Shown: piece after piece, positions 8,963 through 15,430 of the stretch | Layout of the letters: every line of letters begins with the position of its first letter | Position numbering within the stretch: the first letter of the stretch is position 1 | Source of the DNA: a virus | Strand: one strand, 5' to 3' | Length of the DNA: 64,000 nucleotides | IMG/VR virus record: IMGVR_UViG_3300045988_114753 | Made by a program: the position numbers and the translations under genes | Notes under the pieces: generated by a model | Seen by the model: the letters and a program-made list of their open reading frames with translations, nothing else | What the model was told of the DNA's origin: nothing | The model's database searches: none

Positions 8963-9235
8963 CTATTCGCTCGTTATCTTATTAAATGCACGGTTATATA
9001 TTGTAGTAGCTTTTTCAACTCCTAAACTCTCTATAATGTCCTTGTAATTTTCAAATATAAACCCCTTGAAATAACCATAATATAAACAATCATAACATAT
9101 CATATAAAAGTCTTGTTCTAATCTTTCCATAATAACTCCTCCGTTCTTTCTCACGGCTCGTGTTATGGCTCTTGTTTCCATAAACACGGCTCGTGATTTC
9201 TTTCCGTCGTTTTCAAAAACCTTATAATGTGTCAT
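8963..9235 (-). CDS. hypothetical protein (90 aa)
   Basis: ORF in a co-directional block. SD is weak (GGAAAG). Confidence 0.5.
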   Translation of the reverse strand: MTHYKVFENDGKKSRAVFMETRAITRAVRKNGGVIMERLEQDFYMICYDCLYYGYFKGFIFENYKDIIESLGVEKATTIYNRAFNKITSE

Positions 9236-9297
9236 TTCTTTCCATAATATGCTTTTTACAAAGCATATAGTCCGTGATTTCTTTCCATTAAGGCTTG

Positions 9298-9582
9298 TTA
9301 TTCTTCAGTTAAACCAAATCTAACCTCGTCCAAATCAACCCTATTAAAATTGATTTTATCCCCATAATGAAAATCTTTTAAAATGCCATATAACTCTAAA
9401 TCACTCAAATCTTTTAACTTGTGCGTGTTATTGACAATTCTAGTTATGCCCTCGTAGTTGTTTTGGTCGTTATTCAACCATAACATAACCAACCAAGTAT
9501 CTCTATTACACCACCCGTTATAGTCCTCAAATGCTAATTTATATTTTTTTGCATAGTTTGTTTTATATTCTTTATTATTCAT
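9298..9582 (-). CDS. hypothetical protein (94 aa)
   Basis: ORF with GGAGG SD. Confidence 0.65.
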   Translation of the reverse strand: MNNKEYKTNYAKKYKLAFEDYNGWCNRDTWLVMLWLNNDQNNYEGITRIVNNTHKLKDLSDLELYGILKDFHYGDKINFNRVDLDEVRFGLTEE

Positions 9583-9583
9583 A

Positions 9584-9832
9584 TTATAATACCTCCAATT
9601 TTTTATAATTATATTTTACACCATTTATTAATTCATAGGCTAGTCGCTCGTTAATAATTGTATAATCATATTGTAAAGTTTTAATCATATCTCTAATACA
9701 TAATGAGTTATTAATGATAAGATTAATATCGTCATACAACCCAGTTGTTATATAAAGTTTTTTCTTCTTTTCACTATAATACCAATTAAGATTATTTTCT
9801 AGCATATAATTTTTTATTTCTTCTTTATTCAT
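9584..9832 (-). CDS. hypothetical protein (82 aa)
   Basis: First ORF after promoter copies P5/P6. GAGGAG SD. Confidence 0.65.
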   Translation of the reverse strand: MNKEEIKNYMLENNLNWYYSEKKKKLYITTGLYDDINLIINNSLCIRDMIKTLQYDYTIINERLAYELINGVKYNYKKLEVL

Positions 9833-9851
9833 AGTAATCTCTCCTCTTTAC

Positions 9852-9895
9852 ACTTATATTATACCATAACTTTTTTAAACTAGGGAAGTAAATTG
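9852..9895 (-). promoter_or_regulatory. conserved early promoter copy P5
   Basis: rc of 9858-9863 is TATAAT. The box ACTAGGGAAGTAAA starts at 9879, 15 nt beyond. Confidence 0.75.
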
Positions 9896-9956
9896 TATTT
9901 TTTACAACTTTTTTTTGCAACTTTTTGCACTCTCTAGTTGTATTATTCCCTTTGTT

Positions 9957-10000
9957 AATTATATTATACCACAAGTTTTGCGAAGTAGGGAAGTAAATTG
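9957..10000 (-). promoter_or_regulatory. conserved early promoter copy P6 (tandem with P5, no gene between)
   Basis: rc of 9963-9968 is TATAAT. The box AGTAGGGAAGTAAA starts at 9984, 15 nt beyond. Confidence 0.7.
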
Positions 10001-10065
10001 ACTTTTCCCCGTTCTTTTTTGTTCGCCGTGTTATATGTTCGCCCCGTTCTTCCTCGGCTCGGCTG

Positions 10066-10200
10066 TTATAGATAGACTTCTACACCTCGCCCCGTGTTAG
10101 GAATACACCCGAACACTTGTTCGCACGAACACCCGTTCGCCTTGTTCGCTTTTAGTATCATATCATTATTATTATATACTATTTTTATTTTAATATACAT
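10066..10200 (-). CDS. possible 44-aa ORF downstream of promoter copy P7 (may instead be a non-coding leader)
   Basis: TAGGAGGTG SD 9 nt before the ATG (rc of 10198-10200). Translation: MYIKIKIVYNNNDMILKANKANGCSCEQVFGCIPNTGRGVEVYL. Its 3' half is the GC-rich TGTTCG/CGAACA repeat cluster, so coding status is doubtful. Confidence 0.3.
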   Translation of the reverse strand: MYIKIKIVYNNNDMILKANKANGCSCEQVFGCIPNTGRGVEVYL

Positions 10201-10225
10201 TTTTTTGACACCTCCTAAAAGTTAC

Positions 10226-10269
10226 AATATAATTATATCATAAGTTTAGAAAAGCAGGGAAGTAAAGGG
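10226..10269 (-). promoter_or_regulatory. conserved early promoter copy P7
   Basis: rc of 10232-10237 is TATAAT. The variant box AGCAGGGAAGTAAA starts at 10253, 15 nt beyond. Confidence 0.65.
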
Positions 10270-10355
10270 GGCTTTTTTATTCCTATATAATAAGGAAAAG
10301 GAAAAGGCTTTTTTTGTAAAATTGTAAACTTTTTTAATAAATTGTAAAAAAGGGG

Positions 10356-10384
10356 TTGTAATTTACTTTTTTTAGTGGTATAAT
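10356..10384 (+). promoter_or_regulatory. sigma-A-like promoter for 10436..11304
   Basis: TTGTAA (10356-10361), 17-nt spacer, TATAAT (10379-10384) with TG at -15/-14. Preceded by three more TTGTAA(A) copies. Confidence 0.6.
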
Positions 10385-10435
10385 TAAAGAGTAGTAAGGG
10401 AAAGACTACAAAAGAAAATAACGGAGGTGGAAAAA

Positions 10436-10657
10436 ATGAAAAAAAGAAAAGTCCTAAAAAATTATATATCATTTATATTATACTTTATTAATACGGCTTT
10501 AATAATGCTTGATATAATGCTATTAGCAGAGTTAAACACTTGCATTTTATTTTATAGTATATCTATTAATATAGTGATTTTAAATACTTATATAATACAT
10601 AATTTTAGCAGTAGGGCTTTTAATAATGAATATATGTATATATTCAAAGAGAATTAA
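10436..10657 (+). CDS. small membrane protein (73 aa, two hydrophobic segments)
   Basis: ATG 10436 follows GGAGGTGG. Hydrophobic runs ISFILYFINTALIMLDIMLLA and CILFYSISINIVILNTYII. Confidence 0.55.
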   Translation: MKKRKVLKNYISFILYFINTALIMLDIMLLAELNTCILFYSISINIVILNTYIIHNFSSRAFNNEYMYIFKEN

Positions 10658-10722
10658 AAGCAAGTATAAAAGAATAAAAACGGGGTAAAATAATAATAAG
10701 AAAATAAAGGAGATATAAAAAA

Positions 10723-11304
10723 ATGGAATTAAAAGACATTAAAAGAATAATAGAAAATAAGGGGGAAACATTAACAAAGGAACTAAAAAAAGCAGAACTA
10801 AAAAGGGGTTATATGGTAAGTTTAGAGGGTACGGAAACACAAACAAAAGGCGACGACTACCAAGCAATTATAAAAGCAATAGAGGAAAAACAAGCAATCA
10901 TAAAAGATAAAAATAATATGTATATAGGTTTATGGCTTGATAGTAATATTATGTATATTGATATTAGTGTTAATATAATTGATAAGGTGGAGGCTTTAGA
11001 GTTTGGGAAGTATAACAAACAATTAGCAATTTACGACCTAAAAAATAATGATAGTATATATTTAAAAGATTATAATTTTATAAAATATTATACATTATAT
11101 GAAGTAATAAAAGATAGAAATAATAATATAATTGATTATAAAATAAAAGAACAAAAAGAAAATATTAACCTATTTAAAAGCATAAAAGCGAGTGCTAAAA
11201 CTTTATTAAATGCAACATATAATAGCATAGATAATATAAAAAATGATAGTAGATTAATTAATAATAGATATATAATCATAAAAGATTATGATATAATTTT
11301 ATAA
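10723..11304 (+). CDS. hypothetical protein (193 aa, Asn/Ile/Lys-rich)
   Basis: ORF with AAGGAG SD, followed by an intrinsic terminator. Confidence 0.65.
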   Translation: MELKDIKRIIENKGETLTKELKKAELKRGYMVSLEGTETQTKGDDYQAIIKAIEEKQAIIKDKNNMYIGLWLDSNIMYIDISVNIIDKVEALEFGKYNKQLAIYDLKNNDSIYLKDYNFIKYYTLYEVIKDRNNNIIDYKIKEQKENINLFKSIKASAKTLLNATYNSIDNIKNDSRLINNRYIIIKDYDIIL

Positions 11305-11321
11305 GATAATTCAAGAAAAAC

Positions 11322-11343
11322 GCCCTTTTAAGGGCTTTTTTTT
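11322..11343 (+). terminator. intrinsic terminator
   Basis: GCCCT-TTTA-AGGGC hairpin followed by T8. Confidence 0.65.
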
Positions 11344-11457
11344 GGTGCTTTTTTTGTTTTTAAGTATGCTTAAATATACATTTTAGCAATAAAACGGGGG
11401 TATTTTACAACGGAAAGCGAACAAGGGGCTTTTTTATAATGTGTGCTGCTCTTTTCG

Positions 11458-11572
11458 CACATCCCCCTTAGCATTTCCCACCATCCCATCACCCACACAT
11501 CCACTCCCCACACCTCACACACCATCTCCCATCTATCACTCTCCATAATCCATCCTCACCACTTCAAACCCC
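11458..11572. other. G-depleted C-rich tract (one G in 115 nt; 101 consecutive nt without G)
   Basis: Read directly: 11472-11572 contains no G, is about half C, and carries CCCA/CACAC/CATCC-type motifs. The complement carries G3-5 runs (rc of 11463-11494: GGGTGATGGGATGGTGGGAAATGCTAAGGGGG). Confidence 0.9.
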
Positions 11573-11734
11573 GATAATACAAGGCTTCTCAGTTTTACCT
11601 CCTCTTTACACTCGTGGCGTACTGTCCGCACCCCTCCCCCTCGTTTACAATAATATAATTCCTAAACAAAAAAGAGGCATAGCCTCTCTGTGACGAATAC
11701 GGGCTCATCACGAGCTCTTAGTAACGTGGGCAGT

Positions 11735-12265
11735 ATAATTACCCTCTGAGCCTTATAAAACCTCATAAAACGGCTTAAAATGCCCTCTGTGAGGGTAGTG
11801 GCAGAATGTCGGGCGGAGGTTAGTAGTAACAGACTCTTTATGTCTTAAGACATTAGTGTAGACTTTTAAAGCCTTAAGACTTATTATATATAAAGACACC
11901 TATATAGGAGTCATAATATATAGAGTCGAAGACATTTTCAAAATCTAGTCTTAAGACTTTTTATGCCTATGTTCGTCTACACCTATAAGCTGTCTACTAT
12001 TGTTAGATTTTGGAAATGCTCTTCTCCTAAACGATTTCATCGTTTTGCCAATGGCTCTCTATGGTTAACACCCGCTTAGATGAAATTGCTTTAGGACTGC
12101 CTACGCTATGCTCTTTTTAGACTTCAAAATGCCTTAATGTAACTTTTGAGCCTTAAAAAAGTTACATCGCCCTCTGCAAAGCCTTATAAATAAAGGTTAA
12201 AAAGTGCATTTCCTTAAAGATATATAGTATATAAAAAGACACCTAAAAAGGAGCCATAAAGAAAC
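11735..12265. repeat. cluster of short repeats and palindromes (GCCTTAWAA-type boxes, CTTAAGAC palindromes)
   Basis: ATGTCTTAAGACAT (11840-11853), GCCTTAAGAC (11871-11880) and AGTCTTAAGACT (11947-11958). CCTATATAGG (11899-11908). GCCCTCTG occurs 3 times. AAAGACACCTATATAGGAGTCATAA resembles AAAGACACCTAAAAAGGAGCCATAA about 340 nt later. No ORF of 60 aa or more. Confidence 0.75.
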
Positions 12266-12333
12266 CCAGACCCTTTTTTCGTTTTGATTTTACATTTTTG
12301 CAAATTACTTTACAATTTTACATTTTTTTATGC

Positions 12334-12362
12334 AACAAAAAAAAAGACCTTGTGTGGTCTTT
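12334..12362 (-). terminator. intrinsic terminator of the 36-aa micro-gene
   Basis: AAAGACC-6 nt-GGTCTTT hairpin (12343-12362), followed on the minus strand by a 9-10 nt T-run. Lies 2 nt after the stop codon. Confidence 0.75.
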
Positions 12363-12363
12363 A

Positions 12364-12474
12364 TTATTTTCGTGCAAAGTTTGTTGCTAAACGATAACGT
12401 CTTCTCTTACTAGCACTTTCTGGCGTAGCTTTAAAAGCATTCCAACATAAGGCTCCTAATAATAAATTAAACAT
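12364..12474 (-). CDS. 36-aa peptide, hydrophobic N-terminus and Arg/Lys-rich C-terminus
   Basis: MFNLLLGALCWNAFKATPESASKRRRYRLATNFARK. AGGAGGA SD 6-7 nt upstream. Has its own consensus promoter and terminator. Below the ORF-track cutoff. Confidence 0.55.
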   Translation of the reverse strand: MFNLLLGALCWNAFKATPESASKRRRYRLATNFARK

Positions 12475-12516
12475 TTTCATTCCTCCTTTTAATTATTTTC
12501 CCCTTTGGTTAAATAT

Positions 12517-12545
12517 AGTATACCACTAACAATATAATTTGTCAA
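12517..12545 (-). promoter_or_regulatory. sigma-A consensus promoter (TTGACA-17-TATACT) for the micro-gene
   Basis: rc of 12540-12545 is TTGACA; rc of 12517-12522 is TATACT; the spacer is exactly 17 nt. Confidence 0.75.
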
Positions 12546-12563
12546 CATTTTTTCAAAAATTCA

Positions 12564-12592
12564 TTGACATATATTATATATTATGATATTAT
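12564..12592 (+). promoter_or_regulatory. sigma-A consensus promoter (TTGACA-17-TATTAT) for the 12.6-19.2 kb operon
   Basis: TTGACA at 12564-12569, 17-nt spacer, TATTAT at 12587-12592. Divergent from the micro-gene promoter. Confidence 0.75.
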
Positions 12593-12619
12593 ATATATAA
12601 AGATAGGAGGATAAGAAAG

Positions 12620-12913
12620 ATGGAAGAGATACTGGCTGGCATACTGCAAGGCGAAGATGCAAGTTCACTATATGATAAATATATTGACTTCTTAGTAACG
12701 AGCGGATATGTTGATTACGACGGCGTTCCTCAAAAGTGCCCAATGTGTGGAAGCAAGCACCTAGTTGAGGACAATGCTGAAATTGGAGGATTTAATATAC
12801 CAGAAGGATGCGTAACCGAATACGACGTGTATTGTGAAAACTGTAATAGTTTAGTGGCTCACTATGCTTATGGCAGTTGGGATTATGGGGAGGTTAATGA
12901 TGAAGATTTTTAA
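12620..12913 (+). CDS. zinc-ribbon protein (97 aa)
   Basis: TAGGAGG SD. CPMCGSKH ... CENCNS Cys pairs. Confidence 0.65.
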   Translation: MEEILAGILQGEDASSLYDKYIDFLVTSGYVDYDGVPQKCPMCGSKHLVEDNAEIGGFNIPEGCVTEYDVYCENCNSLVAHYAYGSWDYGEVNDEDF

Positions 12914-12968
12914 GAGGCGACTTTATTGCTATTTACTAGCCTATACTTGTAAAGGTGGCGAGGGCTGT

Positions 12969-13097
12969 ATGACGGTGAACTTAGAACGCAAAATTAAGAC
13001 GTCAGGCGACCTCAAAGAATTACAAAAATATATAGAAGATACGACCGAATGTGTAAATGTTGGTATTAAGAATTTTATATTAGTGGGTAGGTGTTAG
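12969..13097 (+). CDS. possible small protein (42 aa from ATG 12969)
   Basis: The track ORF 12864..13097 overlaps the previous gene. The internal ATG at 12969 follows AAAGGTGGCGAGGG. Start is uncertain. Confidence 0.35.
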   Translation: MTVNLERKIKTSGDLKELQKYIEDTTECVNVGIKNFILVGRC

Positions 13098-13099
13098 AT

Positions 13100-13342
13100 A
13101 TGTTTGATTTAGATGAATTGTTTAGAGGCTTCTCAAATCAAGATGAATATATTGCTAGAGATATGATGATATTAGAGTTATTAATGAAAAAAGGCTTGAT
13201 AACGCAGGAAGACATTGTGGAAGAGTTTTCAGCAGATAATTTACAAGCCTATATTAAAATAGTACAAGACCAAAAGAAAGCTGAAGCTCAAAAAAGACTT
13301 GACGAGTATGCAGAGCGAAAAAAGAAAGATGGCACTGTTTAA
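13100..13342 (+). CDS. hypothetical protein (80 aa)
   Basis: ATG 13100 lies 6 nt after GGTAGGTG. The track GTG at 13091 sits inside that SD. Confidence 0.55.
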   Translation: MFDLDELFRGFSNQDEYIARDMMILELLMKKGLITQEDIVEEFSADNLQAYIKIVQDQKKAEAQKRLDEYAERKKKDGTV

Positions 13343-13634
13343 CGAATTGCAAACTCTTGACTCTATATCTAGTGAAGCATTTCAGGTATTTGGTATGGTT
13401 AAGTCATACGAGCAACGTGGCGAAGATATATTGGTTGTTTGCTCGACATCACGAGTGGCTGAAGCCTTATTCAAAAATTATGCTAAGGATAGGCTAGGTA
13501 ATAAAATGAACGTTAGTGGCAGATGGATTGAAATAGAGCCCAATAAAGGCAAAATATATTTTAAACCATTAAGTAGTCTACGCACGTGGTTACCTGGTCG
13601 CAGGTTTAAGAAAATATATTTTAGAGAGGACTGA
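13329..13634 (+). CDS. hypothetical protein (about 101 aa; start uncertain)
   Basis: ORF overlaps the end of the previous gene. Weak SD. Confidence 0.5.
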   Translation: MALFNELQTLDSISSEAFQVFGMVKSYEQRGEDILVVCSTSRVAEALFKNYAKDRLGNKMNVSGRWIEIEPNKGKIYFKPLSSLRTWLPGRRFKKIYFRED

Positions 13635-13638
13635 TATT

Positions 13639-13920
13639 ATGGAAGAAAAGGTTAAAGTGTTAAAAGAACAGATATACGCCCGACTTCGTGGAGAGGCACC
13701 TAAGGTACAAGTCCAGCTTGGTGGTAGAAGTTCAGGTAATATGTATGCATTGCTATTAGCCCTCGACTCGTGTCTTATGGAATTGTACGAGGAGAACCAA
13801 GCATTACTTAGTAACCAAGAAAGTATTCTTGAAACGAATGGCGTCTTGTTGAGAAGATTACTCAAACTAAGTGGAATTACAGATGTGGAGGGCGTTATTA
13901 ATGGCAAAAGTAACAGTTGA
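13639..13920 (+). CDS. hypothetical protein (93 aa)
   Basis: AGAGAGGA SD; co-directional operon. Confidence 0.6.
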   Translation: MEEKVKVLKEQIYARLRGEAPKVQVQLGGRSSGNMYALLLALDSCLMELYEENQALLSNQESILETNGVLLRRLLKLSGITDVEGVINGKSNS

Positions 13921-14191
13921 CTATCTTGATTTAGGTGATGGTGGAATGGCATATAACTACAATCGTTACACCAGAGAAGAAGCCATCGCTGAATATAAAA
14001 AGGATTATGACCGTGAACTCAATGATTGGGAACCGTTCGTTGCCTGGTATAGATACAAAACTAAAGCCGAAGTAATTGCCGACGGTGATTGGGAGGAAAT
14101 TGATGGCTATGAACAAGGTTATATGACTATATTTGTAGAGTGTGAGCCTGATGATGTTGGAGCATTTAAGTGCTGGGTTATTGGAGGTTAG
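13901..14191 (+). CDS. hypothetical protein (96 aa from ATG 13901)
   Basis: ATG 13901 lies 8 nt after GGAGGG. The track start at 13871 has no SD. Confidence 0.6.
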   Translation: MAKVTVDYLDLGDGGMAYNYNRYTREEAIAEYKKDYDRELNDWEPFVAWYRYKTKAEVIADGDWEEIDGYEQGYMTIFVECEPDDVGAFKCWVIGG

Positions 14192-14192
14192 T

Positions 14193-14450
14193 ATGAAGCT
14201 ATATGCACTATTTAAGGATGGCGAACTATATAGAGCGTCATACGACCAAAATACACCATTCTATATGAATATCAAGGGTGCAGAAAAAGCATTGCAATCT
14301 GTAACTAACATTAGAAATGTACCGTATGATTTAGAAGGAGCTCCTATGACGCAAAAACGAGAATACTTAGAAGAACTAAAAACGCACTTTACAATAATGG
14401 AATTTAAACTAATAAAGGAGGGTGAAGTTGATGTCAAAAGTCATATATGA
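14193..14450 (+). CDS. hypothetical protein (85 aa from ATG 14193)
   Basis: ATG 14193 follows TTGGAGGT and abuts the stop of the previous gene. Confidence 0.6.
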   Translation: MKLYALFKDGELYRASYDQNTPFYMNIKGAEKALQSVTNIRNVPYDLEGAPMTQKREYLEELKTHFTIMEFKLIKEGEVDVKSHI

Positions 14451-14619
14451 TTGTTGGGTGTTTGCTTGTAGAAAGTGTGGACATCTATTATTTGTAGATA
14501 AAAATAAGTCGTTAAAGAAAGTATATACCTGTGAGTGTCCAGAATGTGGAGAAGAGCCATATGAAAACTGGATAATTATGGGCGAAGGAAATGGAAAAAC
14601 TTTTGAATGGAGAAGATAA
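14431..14619 (+). CDS. zinc-ribbon protein (62 aa)
   Basis: ATG 14431 lies 8 nt after AGGAGGG. CRKCGH ... CECPECGE Cys pairs. Confidence 0.6.
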   Translation: MSKVIYDCWVFACRKCGHLLFVDKNKSLKKVYTCECPECGEEPYENWIIMGEGNGKTFEWRR

Positions 14620-14621
14620 GT

Positions 14622-15161
14622 ATGAATAAGAAATTAGTGGAAGAATTTGTAGATAAACATTATAGTGAAAATTTTAAAGTTATAAAGTCTTATATAGGAG
14701 GCAACTTATCATCAATAGAAATAATGCCAGCAGGTGATGGTCAAAGTATTTATATTTGGGATGAAGACTTAGTAGAAGAAAGACCTGTAGACAACGAATT
14801 AACTATCGAGTTAAATATGCAGGTATTAGGTAATTGTCTTCAAACAGATGAAGAAGGTATGCTTGAGACAATCAATTATTTTTTAGGCAACACACCAATA
14901 GTTTGTATTTGTGCTGATTATGGTGACTTTACAGATGTTATAGCTGTTGATGTAGATATGAGCGTCGATGATGTAGTTGAAACATACATTACACCTTTAT
15001 TATGTGACATTGGTGCATTAAGTGATGACGATAGTGATACTCTATCTTATTTAGTAAATTATTCTATATTAACATCTTCAGATGGCGTAGATATTAATGG
15101 GGTTAGAATTTATATGACCGAAATACCAAAATCTTTATACGACACAATGGAGGAAGTATGA
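14622..15161 (+). CDS. hypothetical protein (179 aa, acidic)
   Basis: ATG 14622 follows GGAGAAG; co-directional. Confidence 0.6.
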   Translation: MNKKLVEEFVDKHYSENFKVIKSYIGGNLSSIEIMPAGDGQSIYIWDEDLVEERPVDNELTIELNMQVLGNCLQTDEEGMLETINYFLGNTPIVCICADYGDFTDVIAVDVDMSVDDVVETYITPLLCDIGALSDDDSDTLSYLVNYSILTSSDGVDINGVRIYMTEIPKSLYDTMEEV

Positions 15162-15430
15162 TAAAAGAATATTTATTTAAAGTCACTAAGGAGCAATATG
15201 TTAAGGTTAGTGCTACGAACAAAGAAGACGCTTATGAGTTAGCAGAAGAAAATAGCTTGATAGATACGAGCGATGAAGAAGTGACGGATATTGAATTGAT
15301 AGATGTTTACGATGAAGATGTAGATGCCATATATGATGATTATAAATTAGGAATGTATGACACAGATGAAGAGGAGGATTACAGAGATTATGACGAAGAA
15401 AGAATTAACAATTATTTTTATGGAGGCTAA
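15158..15430 (+). CDS. highly acidic protein (90 aa)
   Basis: GGAGGAAG SD. Asp/Glu-rich (DTSDEEVTDIELIDVYDEDVDAIYDDY...). Confidence 0.6.
   Translation: MIKEYLFKVTKEQYVKVSATNKEDAYELAEENSLIDTSDEEVTDIELIDVYDEDVDAIYDDYKLGMYDTDEEEDYRDYDEERINNYFYGG

Noticed and set aside
9190-9295. Repeat CGTGATTTCTTTCC (about 9193 and 9273) and hairpin ATATGCTTT-TTAC-AAAGCATAT between 8963..9235 and 9298..9582
   Set aside because: It looks like a small local duplication of the gene start region plus an intergenic hairpin without a U-tract. This is insufficient to assign a function.
10233-10472. Minus-strand 79-aa ORF (MIYNFLGLFFFSFFPPPLF...)
   Set aside because: It lies across two promoters and the start of the plus-strand membrane-protein gene. 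It is a low-complexity Phe/Pro/Leu translation of A/G-rich DNA and has no SD.
10140-11426. 13-bp inverted repeat CCTTGTTCGCTTT / AAAGCGAACAAGG flanking the plus-strand two-gene module (possible invertible or mobile segment)
   Set aside because: A single 13-mer match is within chance expectation for all-against-all comparison of 64 kb. The right copy is better explained as one more GCGAACAAG binding-site copy. No recombinase or target-site duplication is seen.
11370-11546. 58-aa minus-strand ORF (MESDRWEMVCEVWGVDVWVMGWWEMLRGMCEKSSTHYKK...) with a GAGGA SD-like sequence, covering the complement of the G-free tract
   Set aside because: Its Trp/Gly/Val-rich composition is simply what a G-rich strand translates to. 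Its codon usage (GTG, GGG, TGG) is unlike every other gene here. No promoter is seen upstream. I treat the region as non-coding, although Ribo-seq could overturn this.
11735-12265. Possible CRISPR array, because of recurring short repeats
   Set aside because: The repeats are short (8-14 nt), irregularly spaced and partly palindromic. There is no 25-40 nt repeat/spacer periodicity anywhere in the window.
12561-12743. Minus-strand 60-aa ORF overlapping the 12620 gene and its promoter
   Set aside because: It is antisense to a well-supported gene and spans the TTGACA/TATTAT promoter. No SD.
13590-13952. Minus-strand 120-aa ORF
   Set aside because: It is antisense to three tightly coupled plus-strand genes that have SD sites. 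No SD or promoter of its own.
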